A stretch of DNA of 43,999 nucleotides, counting the filler, from Catajapyx aquilonaris (lineage: Eukaryota): NCBI GenBank assembly GCA_000934665.2. It is 2 parts of 2 records of this genome, joined end to end, with 100 filler letters (N's around TTAATTAATTAA, not from the genome) between each part and the next. Parts side by side here need not be neighbours in the genome. Positions count along the whole stretch, not along the records: positions 1 to 21,997 come from JYFJ02005946.1; 1 more part is not named here. One strand, 5' to 3'. The notes under the pieces were generated by a model. That model was not told the origin of the DNA and did not search any database. It saw only the letters and a program-made list of their open reading frames with translations. Positions 1-13,713 of this stretch are shown in pieces. How positions within the stretch are numbered: the stretch's first letter is position 1; every line of letters begins with the position of its first letter. Made by a program: the position numbers and the translations under genes.

Positions 1-172
1 TCCCCCCCTTCCCCCTCTTCCTCCACACTCCACAACCTCCTCCTCCTCCTCTCCACATTACGCCCCCAATGCCACCCATCACCACAATAGCAACAACAGC
101 AGCAGCAACCACAGCCACTTGGCCGCCCTCCTCCCTCCCCCTCCCACTGCTCCCTCTCGCTCAGCATCAGCA

Positions 173-3100
173 ATGGACACAGAATCAGTCAAGTCAGGTG
201 TTGCGCTGAGCGAGTGCAGCGGAAGGGACAGGGGGAGGGAGAGGGGACGGCGGGAGAGAGGACACAGGCACCATCAAGGAGGAGGTCTGGGCAGCCCATA
301 CGGCCCAACAACTCCACTTTCTGCATCCGGTTCACTACACAGGCACCTTACCTCATCACATAGGTAAGGCATACAATGACAACTTACTGTTATTCCCAAG
401 GGCTGTTTCAGCCTTACTGTGAGCCTTACAGAGACATTTCATAATCCTTACATTTTCTTTAAAAAAAGTATGTGATGCCACCATGCCATATGCCTCCAAT
501 GATAGTAGTACACCATAGCCTGCTGTAGAAGTGCATATTGCATGGGAGGGAGATCAAGTTTGCTCCATATTTTGCCAAAACTTTCCAAAAGCCTGTAGCT
601 TGATTATGTAGGCATTATGTGAGAGCGTGTTTGGGAAGTCTGAAAGCAGGGAAGCCCTGTGGGTCCCTCTTAGGCTACGTGAAAAAAGGGGGCATGGTCC
701 AAGTACCATCTGTGTCAACTGCAGTATTTTTGAGGGACTTGAAATAGCACACCGGAATACACCATGTATCATTAACAGAGATATCTGTGAAGTCCCAGAC
801 ACTTCCCTTATGGGATTCTGTGTGTTTGGCATCCTAAAAACCACTTGGAAATAAGGAACCATGCGCATTGTTTGGTCTATGCCTATGGAAAGCTTGTCAG
901 GAGGGTTGGTCCAAAATAGAACTGTTACAATGGAAATGGAATTGCAGGGAGATTGCAGCCATACAGGGTTCCAGACTGAATGCCAGACTGAAAGGTAACA
1001 AGTCCTTCTGGGGTGTACTGGAAAAATAGGTTCACTAGTGCTATGACCTTTGATTAATAATTCCCATAGTGGGATATAACCTTATATTTGACTGATTTCT
1101 TTTGCTGCATAAATTTAAGTATTTTGGTTTCAGTTTACTGAATCTGGTATTTCTCCTGTAGCGAGCCCTATAACCTTAGTCATATTGTATGAGGATTGTA
1201 GTGAAAATGGATCTCACTTTTTATTCAGGATCTTGTGACAAAAGGAAAACAAAACTTACATGGTGTTTGAGGTCCTTTGAGCATGCCTCTTGACATGCTG
1301 TTGGACAAAAGGGCATGGTACATTAAATGTACCATGCCCTCATTCTCGTAAGCTGTCCATCACATTACTGACACTTCATGTTACTGTTGATGCTTTGAAA
1401 TACCATGATGCTTTTTCAGTTAGGAGATATTCTGTTAGCAGTTATGTGGCTTTAACTTAGGTGAAGTAAAGTCAGAGTGTGTTGAATAGTTTTTTATAAT
1501 CATGAAAGGATTGCAACTTGTGAGTGGTCATGTTTTCCGCAACTTATAGAAGTACTTGGTGCCAAGTTCAGATTTTAGAGGAATATGGAGGATGCAGTGG
1601 CACAGTATGTTAATCAGTAAGAATGTTATCCCTTGGTTATAAGCATGTAGAGTATTTGGTGGAAAAAATATGGCCAGGGGCTTGGTGATTATGTCAACTA
1701 ATAATGCTCAATTGCAGTCACATACTGTGCAAGTTTTAGAAGACTTTGTTCTTTATAATCTGATAAATTAATTCATTAAAGTTTCAAGATGTTAATTTTC
1801 CCGCTGTTCCCAGTGGAGCATAGTATAACACAAATTTGTAGCATGTGAATTTAGTTGCTTGTCAACTGACAGCCACACTGCCACAGCAGACCATTCAGCC
1901 CAAGACAATTACTTTCATCCATTCCACATTTATAACTACATTCGAGCAAAAATTTGTTGGCTGAACTTTCTTCAAGAGAGAGGGGGGNAGAGAGAGAGAG
2001 AGAAAGCAGCCTGTTGTACAGTAGAAGGGTTATATGCCCTTACTACTACCAATTTTGCCCTGGCTCCTACGGTATATTGAAACATTGTTTGTGATGTTCC
2101 AATTCCAATGCCAGCATGTTAACTATTGCCTTTTTCAAATCAGGTCACACTCACACCGATCCAGAAACAAGCAACTATTCCCAGAGGAAGAGGAAGAGGA
2201 AGGGCGTCGTGAGGAGGAAGAAGGGGAAGGGGAGGAAGAAGGCATGGGCACTGCCACCATGATGTCATCTCACCACCACCACTCACAACATCACCACCAT
2301 CACCATCACCAATCCCAGCAGCAGGGTCAGCAGGAAGTGATTGAGGTGCAGATACTCCCCCAGGATGACAACTGGGGTGAGACCATGACTGCCATCACTG
2401 GCAATACGTCTGAGCCATCCCTCTGCATGGAAGACATTGGTGGTGCTGGTGGTGCCAACAGGTGGAGTGGAAAGTGGGGCAAGTGGGGGAAGGAGGCTGA
2501 AGCATGGCCAACTTCCAATCCTGGTGGCACCCTGTTAGGATGCCAGCGGTACCTTGGATCAGTTGTGGCAGCTATATTGGTAGGAGTGGCTGCTGGAAGC
2601 CCAGTGGCAATGGTATTGCTGCCACACTTGGGTTTGTTTGCATCATCACCACCACCATCACCATCACCAGCCATTCCTCCTCTACCACCACCTCAAAATG
2701 GGGCCCCTCCACTCAAAGAAGCACCACCAGTTGGTCCTGATCTGACGTGTGACCCACGGTGTGATGGGCAACTTCTATCAATGTCATTCAAACTGGCTTG
2801 TTTGGCTGTATCAACTTGGGCTCTCTTTTGGCGCCCGCCACGGTCCACCATGCCCCGCTTATTCCTCCTTCGCTCTTTGGTCTTACTCCTGTCTTTGATC
2901 CTCACATTTGCATACTGGCTATTTTATCTGGTTCGCTTCCGTGAGCCTCTTTACTCCCCATCACCCCAGCCATACTACCACCCCTACTACTACTTGGCTG
3001 CTTCTCCTAACCACCATCACCACCATCGTTTGCGGTACTATGATGTGGTTGTATATGCCTCGGGCATGCTGGACTGCCTCCTGGTACTGCACTACTTGGC

Positions 3101-4210
3101 CGTTGCATTGCTTCACTTACGCCACCTGCAGCCTCAGTTTCATGTGAAGGTGCTGCGCAGCCCTGATGGAGAGAGCCGATCATATTTGCTTGGGCCCCTG
3201 AGCATACAGCGGGCTGCTGTGTGGGTTCTAGATAGGTAAGCAAACCTCAGTGGTCAGATGTTTCTGTTAATGTATGTCCATAAGTATGATCAAATACTTT
3301 TTATTGTGGACTCGGGGAGTTATGTAATGGGTTTTGTTTTGAGGGTGCACATCTTGGAAATCCAAGAATTAAAAATGCAGCATTCTATATGGGAGTTTCT
3401 CTTCATTCCAGGTACTATGCAGACTTTCCAGTGTACAATCCATACCTGGAACGCCTTCCATCCCTAAAGAGCAGTGCAAGTTCTGGTTCCAAAGGTCATC
3501 ACCATCGGCGCCATTCCTCATCTTCTGCTGCCACCTCTGCTGCCTTTAAGTTCTATGACCTGGAAGAAGGTGGAGGAAGCGGTGGTGGGGGAACCACACC
3601 AGGTGGTATGACCCTCCACAGTCGCAGCCACAATGAGCGGTTTTACGAGGAGCATGAGTATGAACGACGTGTGAGGAAGCGCCGTGCTCGCTTGATCACA
3701 GCAGCAGAAGAGGCTTTCACACACATACGTCGTGTGATGGTGCAAGAAGAAGGTGGTAATGGCGCCATACCAATGGACCCTCAGGAAGCTGCACAGGCAA
3801 TATTTCCATCTATGGCTCGTGCACTCCAGAAGTACCTTCGCATCACCAGGCAGCAACCACGACATTCAGTGGATTCTATTTTATCCCACCTGTCACTTTG
3901 CCTGAGCCATGGACTGAGTCCACGTGCATTCCTAGAGAAATTCTTAGTCCCATCCCCAGTGCTTCTTGATCACCGGGCTGACCATAACACTAGCAACCCA
4001 GAAACTGAGGTGCAAGGATGGGCATTGGTATGCCAGGATTTGTTGTCTCGGTCTGTCAGCCATGGGACAGTGTTCCAGCTGAGGCAAAACAATGATGTGT
4101 CACTGCTAGTGTCAGTATCTCGCTTGCCACAGTTCAGCCTATCAGAGGAACTGATCCATCCCAGGGACAACAGGTTTGTGCTCAGGCTCAGCTCAGAAAC
4201 ATCTGTCTGA
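173..4210 (+). CDS. Vang: Van Gogh/Strabismus planar cell polarity protein, 3 coding exons, about 693 aa
   Basis: Exons 173-363, 2144-3235 and 3412-4210, with GT-AG phase-2 introns (2082 nt, in frame). Family motifs: MDTES start, IEVQILPQDDNWGETMTAITGNTSE, four TM segments, LSIQRAAVWVLDRYYADFPVYNPYL, HNERFYEEHEYERRVRKRRARL, and C-terminal PDZ-binding ETSV. Confidence 0.96.
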
Positions 4211-5022
4211 CCGAAGCAGGGTCGCCCCACTCTGTACTTATAGGGGTTTTGCACATATCAGCACCATTGAAGGAGGGGCCTGTGAGCTGGGACGTAATTT
4301 TTGCTTGGTCTTAGCTTGTGTGAGTGGGGCAGTGCCTTTGTATTGTTGCTCTTCTCAAATGTTCAAGATTGTGATGCATTGAACCGCATTTGTAGTGTCA
4401 GTATGGCAGCTTTTTATGAGTGTTTGTGGCCTGATGCAAAGATGTAGTGGAGATAGTGTCGTGAGAGCAAGGGTGGGGGAAAAGGGAAGTGCAACATTTT
4501 AAAAACTCGTAACTTATTTGGCCATTTTCAAAAGCTTCTGTGGCCTTAGTGTATATGTGTGGGTGTATGTGTATGCACAAGGATACTATCCGAGTAGGTG
4601 TGTATCGTGGATAAATTTTGTGTGCATAAAAAGTAATCTGTGTGTGTGTGAGTAAGAGAGGGTAGGAAGAGTGTGTGTGTTGATAAATACAATCATAATG
4701 CATTTCTACCATGTGACAGTAATTGTGTGCAACCAAGTATCTGCACAGGAACTTTTGTACCTTTTTGTAGTTAATGCAGTCAACTGCAATTTTTAAATTA
4801 TACATGTGAATTATTTTGTACGAGTTGTATGCATTGGGTGTTGTGTTGTCACGAGGCTTGATTGAGCTACATGTTGGCTATGTACTATTTACTAACATTG
4901 TGTATTGTATGTATGAGGGCAGAGTTGGACAGCAGTGACTACAGTGCCTCCTAAATAGGAAATTACATAGCCACTGTTTTCTCTAGTGTTGTCAACCTTG
5001 ACCCAACACAACTGTTTATGCA

Positions 5023-5028
5023 AATAAA
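5023..5028 (+). promoter_or_regulatory. Candidate polyadenylation signal of Vang
   Basis: AATAAA about 810 bp after the stop codon, followed by GT/T-rich sequence. Confidence 0.4.
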
Positions 5029-5111
5029 TTCTGTCAGACAGTACATGTTTGTTCTAGGCTGCAACCTACCCCTGTCAATTCAAACAGAAGGCATACATTA
5101 GGTCAAACCCA

Positions 5112-5117
5112 TTTATT
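5112..5117 (-). promoter_or_regulatory. Candidate polyadenylation signal of the P450
   Basis: TTTATT on + (AATAAA on -) about 290 bp past the P450 stop. Confidence 0.4.
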
Positions 5118-5128
5118 ATACTCTAACT

Positions 5129-5339
5129 CAGTGGTTCCCAACCTTTTTCGGGTCGCGACCCCCTTTTATGATAGTCAAGTAACCCGCGACCCCCCCACCC
5201 CACAGAGTGTTAGTAGATGTTGAAAAAAACCTTCGGGGTGAAATTTTCTGTAAAATGTATTTGTTTGTTTAATTTCATTGATTAAATAATTTATAAAAAT
5301 TACCGCGGCCATGCGCGATCCCCAGGTTGGGAACCGCTG
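5129..5339. mobile_element. hAT-type MITE
   Basis: TIRs CAGTGGTTCCCAACCT / AGGTTGGGAACCGCTG and a perfect 8-bp TSD CTCTAACT (5121-5128, 5340-5347). Confidence 0.92.
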
Positions 5340-5407
5340 CTCTAACTAGTTGAGTCTTACATAATTATGTTCAGGTGGGAATAAGTGGATATCTATGCAA
5401 TGGATCC

Positions 5408-8400
5408 TCAACGGTCAATGAGTTTAAACTTAAGGGGTTGGTCTGGGATGTTGACAAGGCTGGTGATGCAGTCTATATCTCTGTGGTGGTATTCAATTTG
5501 GAAGTTTCGGACCACCTGCAAGTGAGGAGAATAACTTGTTGAGATTTTCACGAGTAGGAAATGAAGCACTCACCTTGGCCAAAAGTAGCCACATTTCTTG
5601 CTCTGCAAACCTTCTGCCAATACACATCCTGGCTCCATTGCCAAAGGGCAGATAAGCAAATGGGTGTGGGGTCCAGGAACCTCCACCTTCCATCATCTTC
5701 TCCACCACTTCTACCCCATCTCCTAACCCTCCTGTCTTCATCCACCTCTCTGGCACGTAGCTGTCTGGATCAGGAAAGAGATTTTCCAGGCGACCCATCA
5801 CTTGGCCCATTGCCATGCACATAGTCTGTGGGGAAAAAGCTACCAATGTAGGAGGAGGTAAGTTTTTAAAGCATGATTAAAAGTATTTTGGGCACCATTT
5901 TTCAAGGTAGCGGCTGAAGCAGTTCTTGGAATTTTAGGCAAATTTTAGATTTTGCTTAGAATAGGTATCTTCACGCTCCTACCAATTATTATCAGTGTTT
6001 TTTTAATACCTCGAACCCTTCATAGAATCCTGAAGCATCTTGAAGAGGCTTATGTTTTTCCTACAATTCATTGGTTCAATTAATGTAGATGACTTATTAA
6101 ACACTCTACCCCTTTGGGAATATGGTATCCACTTAGCACCAAATCTTGGGATGTTGTCCTTGGTACACCCATCACTACTGGTGTCATCCTATAATATTAA
6201 AAATAAAATCATGTATGATCCCATATTCACATACTTATCAAAATTACTCTTATTGGAAAGGGATATAAGACTTATTATTTATTAGTGTGATATGAAAAGC
6301 AACAGTTGGTCAATGCCCTTGGCAATAAGAGTATGGAATTATACTTGGAAACCATGGTTTGTACTGTACCTGAGTGTCTCCTTAATGCATGCCTTAAGGT
6401 AGCGCATCTCATTAATCATGGGAGGCGTAATCTCAGTATCCCTTCTGGGTAGCAATTGGCTCACTTCCTTCCACAATTTCTCCTGCTTATCTGGATTGCG
6501 TGCTAGGTGGTACATTGTGAATGACATGGTGTGGGAAGTCTTTTCATGGAATAAAATGGTTAGAGAATTAATTTTTTATACGCTATGCATCACAAGTATG
6601 ATACCAGGTAGTTAAATTCTTTCTATACAAAGGTATTCTGGTTCCCTATGACCCTTCCAAATACTCATTTTCGTTCACCACTAACCGTATCAACTGCTCC
6701 CATCATCATATCCAGTGCCATGACACATGCATCAGCAGGTTCCAGTCCTCTCTGTCCTAAAAGGATTTCCAGTACTGTTGACTTCACCTCCTGCTCTGGC
6801 AGATCTGATTGCTGTTTCCTTCTTGATTCTTCTACACTGCGCCCTATATACTTCATGGAAACCCTATATTGGAATGGATCTTTGTATGTTGTGGTCATGT
6901 AGGAAATACATGAAAATGAGCAATGAGACTGACTGAGCAAAGGTGTCTTGTGCCTTGGTGAATCGCTTCCAGGTTGGAGTGGAGATGTATCTCCAAATAG
7001 GTAGAGACAACTCCAAATTCATCATGCACTCAAAGCTATCACTCACTGCTGTAATGAGCTGCTGAGGCTCTGAATCAGGGGCAAGGGTTGGCTCCAAGCA
7101 GCCCAAGCGGGTGTCCAAAGCAACCAGCCCGATTGCTGAAATCCAGCGCAATTAGTTGGATTATTATCATCATCATGACATTGCATAAATATGTAGTTCT
7201 TGGGTGGCTGTGTTAATGTAGTAGGAAAATTACACCCAATACTTACACTCTAGGGACCACTTATATACTTCATTAAGAAAATCCTCTGGCATCTCCATGG
7301 AAGAGTTACGTAGGGAACGGATCCTTAGGATTGGATAGGCACATTAAGATAGGTTATAATTATATGAAAAGGAAAATGTGATGTGAATACCTGGAGATGA
7401 AATCATTTGAGACTGTTTGCATAGCAGGAAGGTAATGATGCACATTGCTTGGCTTCATCATAGGCTGTTGCACTTTTGATCGAAGCTGCTGCCACTCCTT
7501 TCCTTGCCTGCATAATATTAGGAGGAAAAATGTAGTGGTCGGAGAGTAATGAATTTGATACATCCCCCTTCAGACCACCACCTGAATTATTTTATTGCAT
7601 GTAGGCCTATTATAATTATATAATTAATACATATTCATTTACATGGCCCAGAGTGCTCAATTGTATCAGCTGTTAATTTAAGAGTATACACACTGGCAGG
7701 ATAATTCGAGTACCGGTACCTGAAAAACCACCCAAAAATAAATGATTTGAAAAATACCGGGTGTTTCTTACTAGTAGATCAAGCCGCAAGGGCATATTCC
7801 TTGGCCCAAACCAAGTGTAAAATGTATGGGATAGAAATGTCGAGGGACCAACCTGTAACGAGGTGGACGACCCGAAACACTTCGAGTTATATGGAGAACT
7901 TCGAGTGATAGAAATTCGAGTTAGGGAACTTTATTTTCTATTATTTTACATTGTGACCAACCAAGCTCATCATTTTCTTTGACTTATAGAGAACTTCGAC
8001 TTAGGGAAGTTCGACTTATAGAAGTTTTACTGTGGTTAAGGTTCCAGGTGAAGGGTCATCTGGTTCTGAGGCCTCTTTTCCCTTCTTTTGGCAAGTACTG
8101 CAGTAGACGTAGGGTATTTAACAGACTTCGGAGAGTTCCGATGAGACCAACAATACGGTACTGTATTTATCGATAGAACCAGCCGCAAGGCACCACGAAA
8201 GACAAAAAAACAGCATTATTTTATGGTCGTGTATTTGGACTCAAAAGTGTAGAAGTGTTGTGCTTATGTTCAGATTGTGTTGTTATCATCATATTTTTCA
8301 CAATTTTTCAATTTAAAATTTTTATTACATCATTTTCAAACCGGTGTTAACGTAAAACGGCGTAAAATGGAGCGGTGTAAAACGGGTACCTTACTGTATT

Positions 8401-9822
8401 TGATAATTTGATGGTGTTATGCAATAATGCGTCAACCCACATGAGAACAGTTTTGAGAAAAGGGGATTTGAAGGTCATACCTGTGAAATTATCTACGTAT
8501 ATGTAAGGCAAAAAAAAAATTTGTTTGCCCGTGGCAACAGAATTTTGTTGGTGATTACCGTAGAAACAGGCATATAAATGTTTTCAAATTTTTCACTTCC
8601 CCCAATTTTTTTATCCAATTTTTTTATTCCCCCTCCCCCCAATGTATCTCCACCTTGCCGTGGTGGTGGGCTTTCATTTTCCCATGATCCTGAAGAGCTA
8701 TGCCGGCAGTAGTTTCATCTACTGACTATTGGTAGGGCCGCCCAAGTCGGACAGGTCTTTGGGATATGAGAGATACCAGTCTTTCCTCTCTTCCTTTTCC
8801 TCTTCGTTTCTTTCTCCATCTGTTCCACCTTTTTGTATTCTGATAACCACATAGCCATAGTTGCGTGGCTCTTTATTACGCAAACGAACCAGAATTTTTC
8901 CACCCTTCCAGTGCCTACATATGCAAGGGAATGAGCAGTTTTGCATTTAATATTGCCTGAGATCTGAGAAGATTTCGGTGTAATTATCCACGCTCTTTTT
9001 TTCCCCGTGCGAAGAACGGGTACCGCTGATAGTCCATAATATTTTAAATAACCTTCTGTAGGTTGTGGACATAGTTGTCAGGTAATATGATTATGAAATA
9101 TTGATTTCATAATAATAGAAACCTGACAGTCTTAAAAACTATTGTTCTTGTGTCAACAGGTTTAGTGCCCAAGTTTACATTCATGTGTCAGAAAGTCAAA
9201 GTGGCAAAGTACTGTACTGTCCAATAGACTATACTTACAGAACCACCACTCCCACAGTGCTGAAATAGGGGCTAGCTTCCCTGTATTCCTTGAAACACCT
9301 CAGTCCAATTCTGGTTGGCAATTGACTTTCTGCCCTAAAGAGAGTGGCCACATCATCAGGGTTGCAGAGGGACACTTTATCCATCACTCCAGGGACCACC
9401 TCCTTCCAAATTGGGCCATATTTGCGGTACATATCCATGTTGCCCCTATGCATACGCTTTATGCTCTGGGTGCCTACCACAGGCAAGTATATCCAAGTGG
9501 TTCCCAGTGGGAACACCCTGGGAGGTCCAGGGATCTCTTCAAAAGAGCGAGCTTCTGACATGCTCATTGGAGAAGGAGATGGGGCAGGGGCAGTAGTGGC
9601 CACAGCACCACTCCTCCAGCGAAATGGAATAGAAAGCCGAGTTGCATTATGTTTATTCCTGGGTGTTGTCGCAGTAGTGGCAGTGGAGGTGCTCATCTGG
9701 ATTGCTGTTCCCATGGAATTTCGTCCTGTCTTCATACCACCAGCAGTCCATAGCTTTGCACCAAGTGTCGTGCCTTTTGATGAAGTAAGAGCCACCAATG
9801 CTTCTGAAGCTGCCATTGTCAT
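5408..9822 (-). CDS. Cytochrome P450, mitochondrial clan (CYP12/CYP49/CYP301-like), 9 coding exons, about 588 aa
   Basis: Exons 9822-9239, 7507-7391, 7323-7247, 7135-6934, 6863-6686, 6539-6370, 6188-6110, 5825-5574 and 5515-5408, all GT-AG and phase-compatible (1767 nt). Motifs: FEEIPGP, QGKEWQQLR, KWSLESIGLVALDTRLGCL, I-helix GAVDTTS, ETLR, GYHIPKG, PERW and heme motif PFGNGARMCIGRRFAE. An acceptor at 9866 implies an upstream non-coding exon. Confidence 0.93.
7870..8400. mobile_element. Degenerate Tc1/pogo-like MITE fragments in the P450 intron
   Basis: Repeated TTCGAGTTA/TTCGACTTA units ending in TTTTACTGT, plus a second end CCTTACTGTA. Full boundaries are not resolved. Confidence 0.35.
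8636..8890 (+). mobile_element. Short non-autonomous retroposon with RTE-LINE-like 5' head, copy 1
   Basis: CCACCTTGCCGTGGTGG...GAGCTATGCCGG...GGTAGGGCCGCCCAAGTCGGACAGGTC resembles RTE-clade 5' UTRs (from recall). Related copies lie at 22385-22622 and 28044-28318. Confidence 0.65.
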
Positions 9823-10183
9823 TTTTGTATGTAGCCTTTTTTCCTAGTGTTGATACCACCTCCACCTGAAAATAAGTTTGTTATACGGTATAATAAAGAG
9901 GCTGCACTACTGCCGCAGGGTAACTTCATTCTACTATGGTATGTTTCGTGGTGCATTGCTCAAGTCCCTAGTTCATAGGGAAGCAGGTGGATATGGGACA
10001 TCGATTGCTAGACACAGCGAATACTTGCCCAATATCTGGAACTTTTGTTTCGTCCTGGTGTATGATTTCCAATGTACTTAAGGTATTTCTGTCACATAAT
10101 AATGGACATGATTGTGCTCAGTAGTAGAGAATTTTTGTGTGGAACATAGTGGCATAGATAATTCACTATGCTTCACTATACTA

Positions 10184-10694
10184 CAGGGTGATCCGTTTGG
10201 GTAGAGGTAATTTTAAAACGCTGTGGTATGTGTTGTAACAGACAGAATTGATCCAAATTAGGCAGAGATTACCTTTATGAGTGGGAGTTTGTCTATGTCT
10301 CCACATGACCCCCTTTGCATATACTCGGTAGGAATAATATAGGGTGCTCAATTCCTGCCACGTGTTTTGCAACATTTCCGGAGTGACTGGTGCGAACGCT
10401 GCAGAAATGTTCACCTCCAGGTCATCCACGCTTTGATGTCGTTTTCCATAGATGATAGTCTTCACAAACCACACACAAAGAAATCGGAGGGAGTGAGATC
10501 CAGGGAGTTTGTAGGCCAAGGAATAGGGCCACCACGACCACACCAATTGTCAAAGAAAGTGTTGTTTCCTGACTTTTCCATTGACCAGTGGAGTTAAGGG
10601 GTCTTGCTGGAAATGACATTGTTGTCCAGTTGTGGTACCAAGAAGATCTTAGAATGTCAAAGTATGGTCCTGCTCGTAATATTGTGTCCTCGTC

Positions 10695-10727
<33 letters not shown>

Positions 10728-10925
10728 CCTACAGCTGGTTATGCAACATCCAGCCTATCTGGTCACGATTCAGGGCCAATGCAGGCACACTGACAGTGCT
10801 GTGAGTACAGTGCATGAATCTCTCATCTTACCTGGCCAATTTGGCAGAATTTCAACTTGGTATACGGCTTATGTGTTGATTGTGATACATCTTTTAAATT
10901 ATCCCTACCCAAATGGATCACCCTG
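10184..10925 (-). mobile_element. Internally deleted Tc1/mariner transposon with transposase remnant
   Basis: TA-flanked TIRs CAGGGTGATCCGTTTGGGTAG / CTACCCAAATGGATCACCCTG. The minus strand reads WPTNSLDLTPSDFFVCG (cf. WPxxSPDLxPxDFFxWG), then a frameshifted FVKTIIY...DDLEVNISAAF...PEMLQNTW. Confidence 0.85.
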
Positions 10926-13538
10926 TAGTTGTAGTCATTATATTCACAAGATGTTGACTGCACGTGGAGCAAATACAAAAATATTCTAGATAATCAGGAC
11001 ATATGCACTTGGTTACCATGGTGGCAGATATTAACTATCAGGTGATATCAATGTTTGTTTGAAGCCATCGTTCGAAATAATTACAACAGTATGTCAAATA
11101 AGGTCGTTCATTATCAATAAGATTGGAAGCTGTCAACGATCATCCAATTTGGTTTTTCTTTTTTCGGTTTTCGCTTGCATTAAGAAAAAGAACCATGTAA
11201 TGCTTGTTTAATAATTTCGCTCACATTAACATTAGGGCATAGTGAAAATCGTCGAGACGATCGCCTCAGTCGGCTCATATTTATTTGGCCTATAGTATTG
11301 TTATGCATATCATTGGAAATCCCATAATATATGAGCTTTCCAACGATGCGTACCGCTAACTGCTTCACTCGTAGGTGATTCAACAGGAACTTATGGAAAT
11401 AGGCGTCGGCAAGATTTTCACCGATACAAATTCGAGGTTTTTGACGGGAAGAAGACCTAGTTATTGTTTTTAAAAAAATAGAAAATGACACAATCATTTG
11501 CTTTACAACTTTCGTGACAAATAGAGGCCAGCCACACCCTGCACCACATTGCATTGGTATAAAATAAAATGTACGTCGATGTTTTTCGCCTGTTTGATAA
11601 AACGAGTGATATCATATTAAATGGAGTCCACGATTTTTGGAAGTTTTTGGAAGGCACTTTCTGGCTCTCTTTCATTGTTTCTATCATGCAGTAGCCTATG
11701 TATCTTCTACTATTCAAATAGCTTTAGTTGATGCTTTGGCTCCTTCTGGCTCCTTCCTACTTAAAAATGTTAGAATCGATAGCGGTTTAATATTTTCGAG
11801 CCATAAAAATTCATATGACTGGGGTTTCAGTAAGACGAGAGCATCTCAGAGAACCCATATTACTGTACAAAAACCACTCCAATAAAAAGAATATTTTAGG
11901 CAAATTTAACTACTGAACTACTTGGCACAAAAGAGTGGTCATAACATGTCAAGATATTTTCATGTTGCACCCACTTTCCACTGATATAAAAACTGACTGA
12001 AGGTTACGTTAAATACCAAATGATGGCTTTTTCGGAATATTTCAGAATATATCATCTTAATGCGTAATAAAGCAAGGTGAGATTAGGTTGTTGTCTGCTA
12101 TCAGAAAAATATAAGCCTATACCTATTATGACCAATAATACTCACTTGAGCTGAGAAGGGTAAGAAGACTATGCCCCAGCACTGGCGTTCACGCTGCTCT
12201 GATGACTAGAGGTGTCCAAAAATTTGTGTTCACCCTAGAGAATTTGCTAGATGATTGAGCACTATATCTATGGGAGGACTCCCTGTTCCTGTCCCCTCAA
12301 ATGCAACCCTCAAATACATATCGGTCAGCCTGGTCTCGCGACGTCAAATCTAATATCAACGCATCATTTTGGAACTCGGTGCTCGAGTACTACTGAATTG
12401 TTTGCTTGCACCGCGGAGAGTGGGAAAGAAGATACCGTACAGGTCGGTACATCGTGATAACCATTATGTCACAATGCCAACCCAAGGACAAAACAAGAGC
12501 AACTGCATTGACAAGATTTTAAAAGTCAATTATTACTATCAGTACTGAGTACTGTCCTCGTTCTCATCTGCAGTTGACAGTGTAATCTGCAGACTCTATC
12601 TCGCCTACATTACCCCGAAATTGAGATGTCAGATAAATAGTAGTACGATCGCAAGTATAGAGGTCTTGACAGTTACCGTCAGATGGAGAGTCTATGTCAG
12701 GCTGTGGCAAGTAGAAATAGTGCTTACCTTCCTGAGTCGTCAGTAGTGTGTGGGTGGTATTCATATAGGGAGAATGAGAATGTCCTCGCCTGTCTATCAT
12801 CTCTGATCTCTTCATTGCTCTCAGCGGCCCATGCTTAGTGAAGATAGAACTCAGGAGCAGAAATCTACTAGTTTGAATGTTACACTAACTAGGCCATTTA
12901 TGTGAATTACGGAAGTGTGACATGAGGATTGTAATCGTAAATCGAAAGCCCGATCACTCATAATTATGAACTTTGAATGTGGCGGCAAGCCATGGCCGTA
13001 GTCTGTTCAAATATGGTCACCTTTCCCGACCTTGCAAAATGAATATGTTAGTAATAAATATAACGTCAACCATGTAGGATTGTAGGCTATGTGCAAAATT
13101 ATTATGGGAGCGAATTGTTACATTTTGCTGATTAATATATATATTAGTCTAAACTCAATGATATAGCAAGCCACCATGTTGTGACTTCATGGCTTTGAAT
13201 CCATGGACTCATGTCTCCGATTTTTAGTCCCATATGTAGACGCAGTCATGGAACAAAAATCAAATTACCTGCCTTTTCCATGAGATGGTTAAAAGGTTGT
13301 GACTGATTACTATGTCTTGGTATTGCTAGGCGTATTTTCAATCATGGGTTATTTATTTGTGTGATTATATTGTGATATATATGTAAATCAAATTTTTCGA
13401 GATCACATTACAATGTATGAAAACAACAGTCTCGGTTGATTTCTTGACTCAAAAATCACTCTGCATTTGGTGAATGTTCCCATAATTACAGCGTGCATGG
13501 TTGCAATTTCCCAATAATAATAATGCAATAAAAATAGC

Positions 13539-13610
<72 letters not shown>
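13539..13610. repeat. (AAT)n microsatellite
   Basis: About 24 AAT units. Confidence 0.95.
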
Positions 13611-13611
<1 letters not shown>

Positions 13612-13713
13612 CAACTAGACTACGACTGAACATTTTCTGGGTATCAAACGTTACAAGAAAGGTTTCATATAATAAATTATCACTTATGCTATTTTGTGCA
13701 TCCCATATAAATG

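Noticed and set aside
7870..8030. CRISPR-like spaced short repeats (also 34450-34855)
   Set aside because: The context is eukaryotic, spacing and orientation are irregular, and there are no cas genes. These are MITE subterminal repeats.
9003..9032. Helitron-like 3' hairpin and end
   Set aside because: The CTRR terminus is imperfect and no 5' end was identified.
11090..12110. Possible DNA transposon remnant upstream of the P450
   Set aside because: Composition suggests a repeat, but I could not define TIRs, a TSD or a coding remnant.
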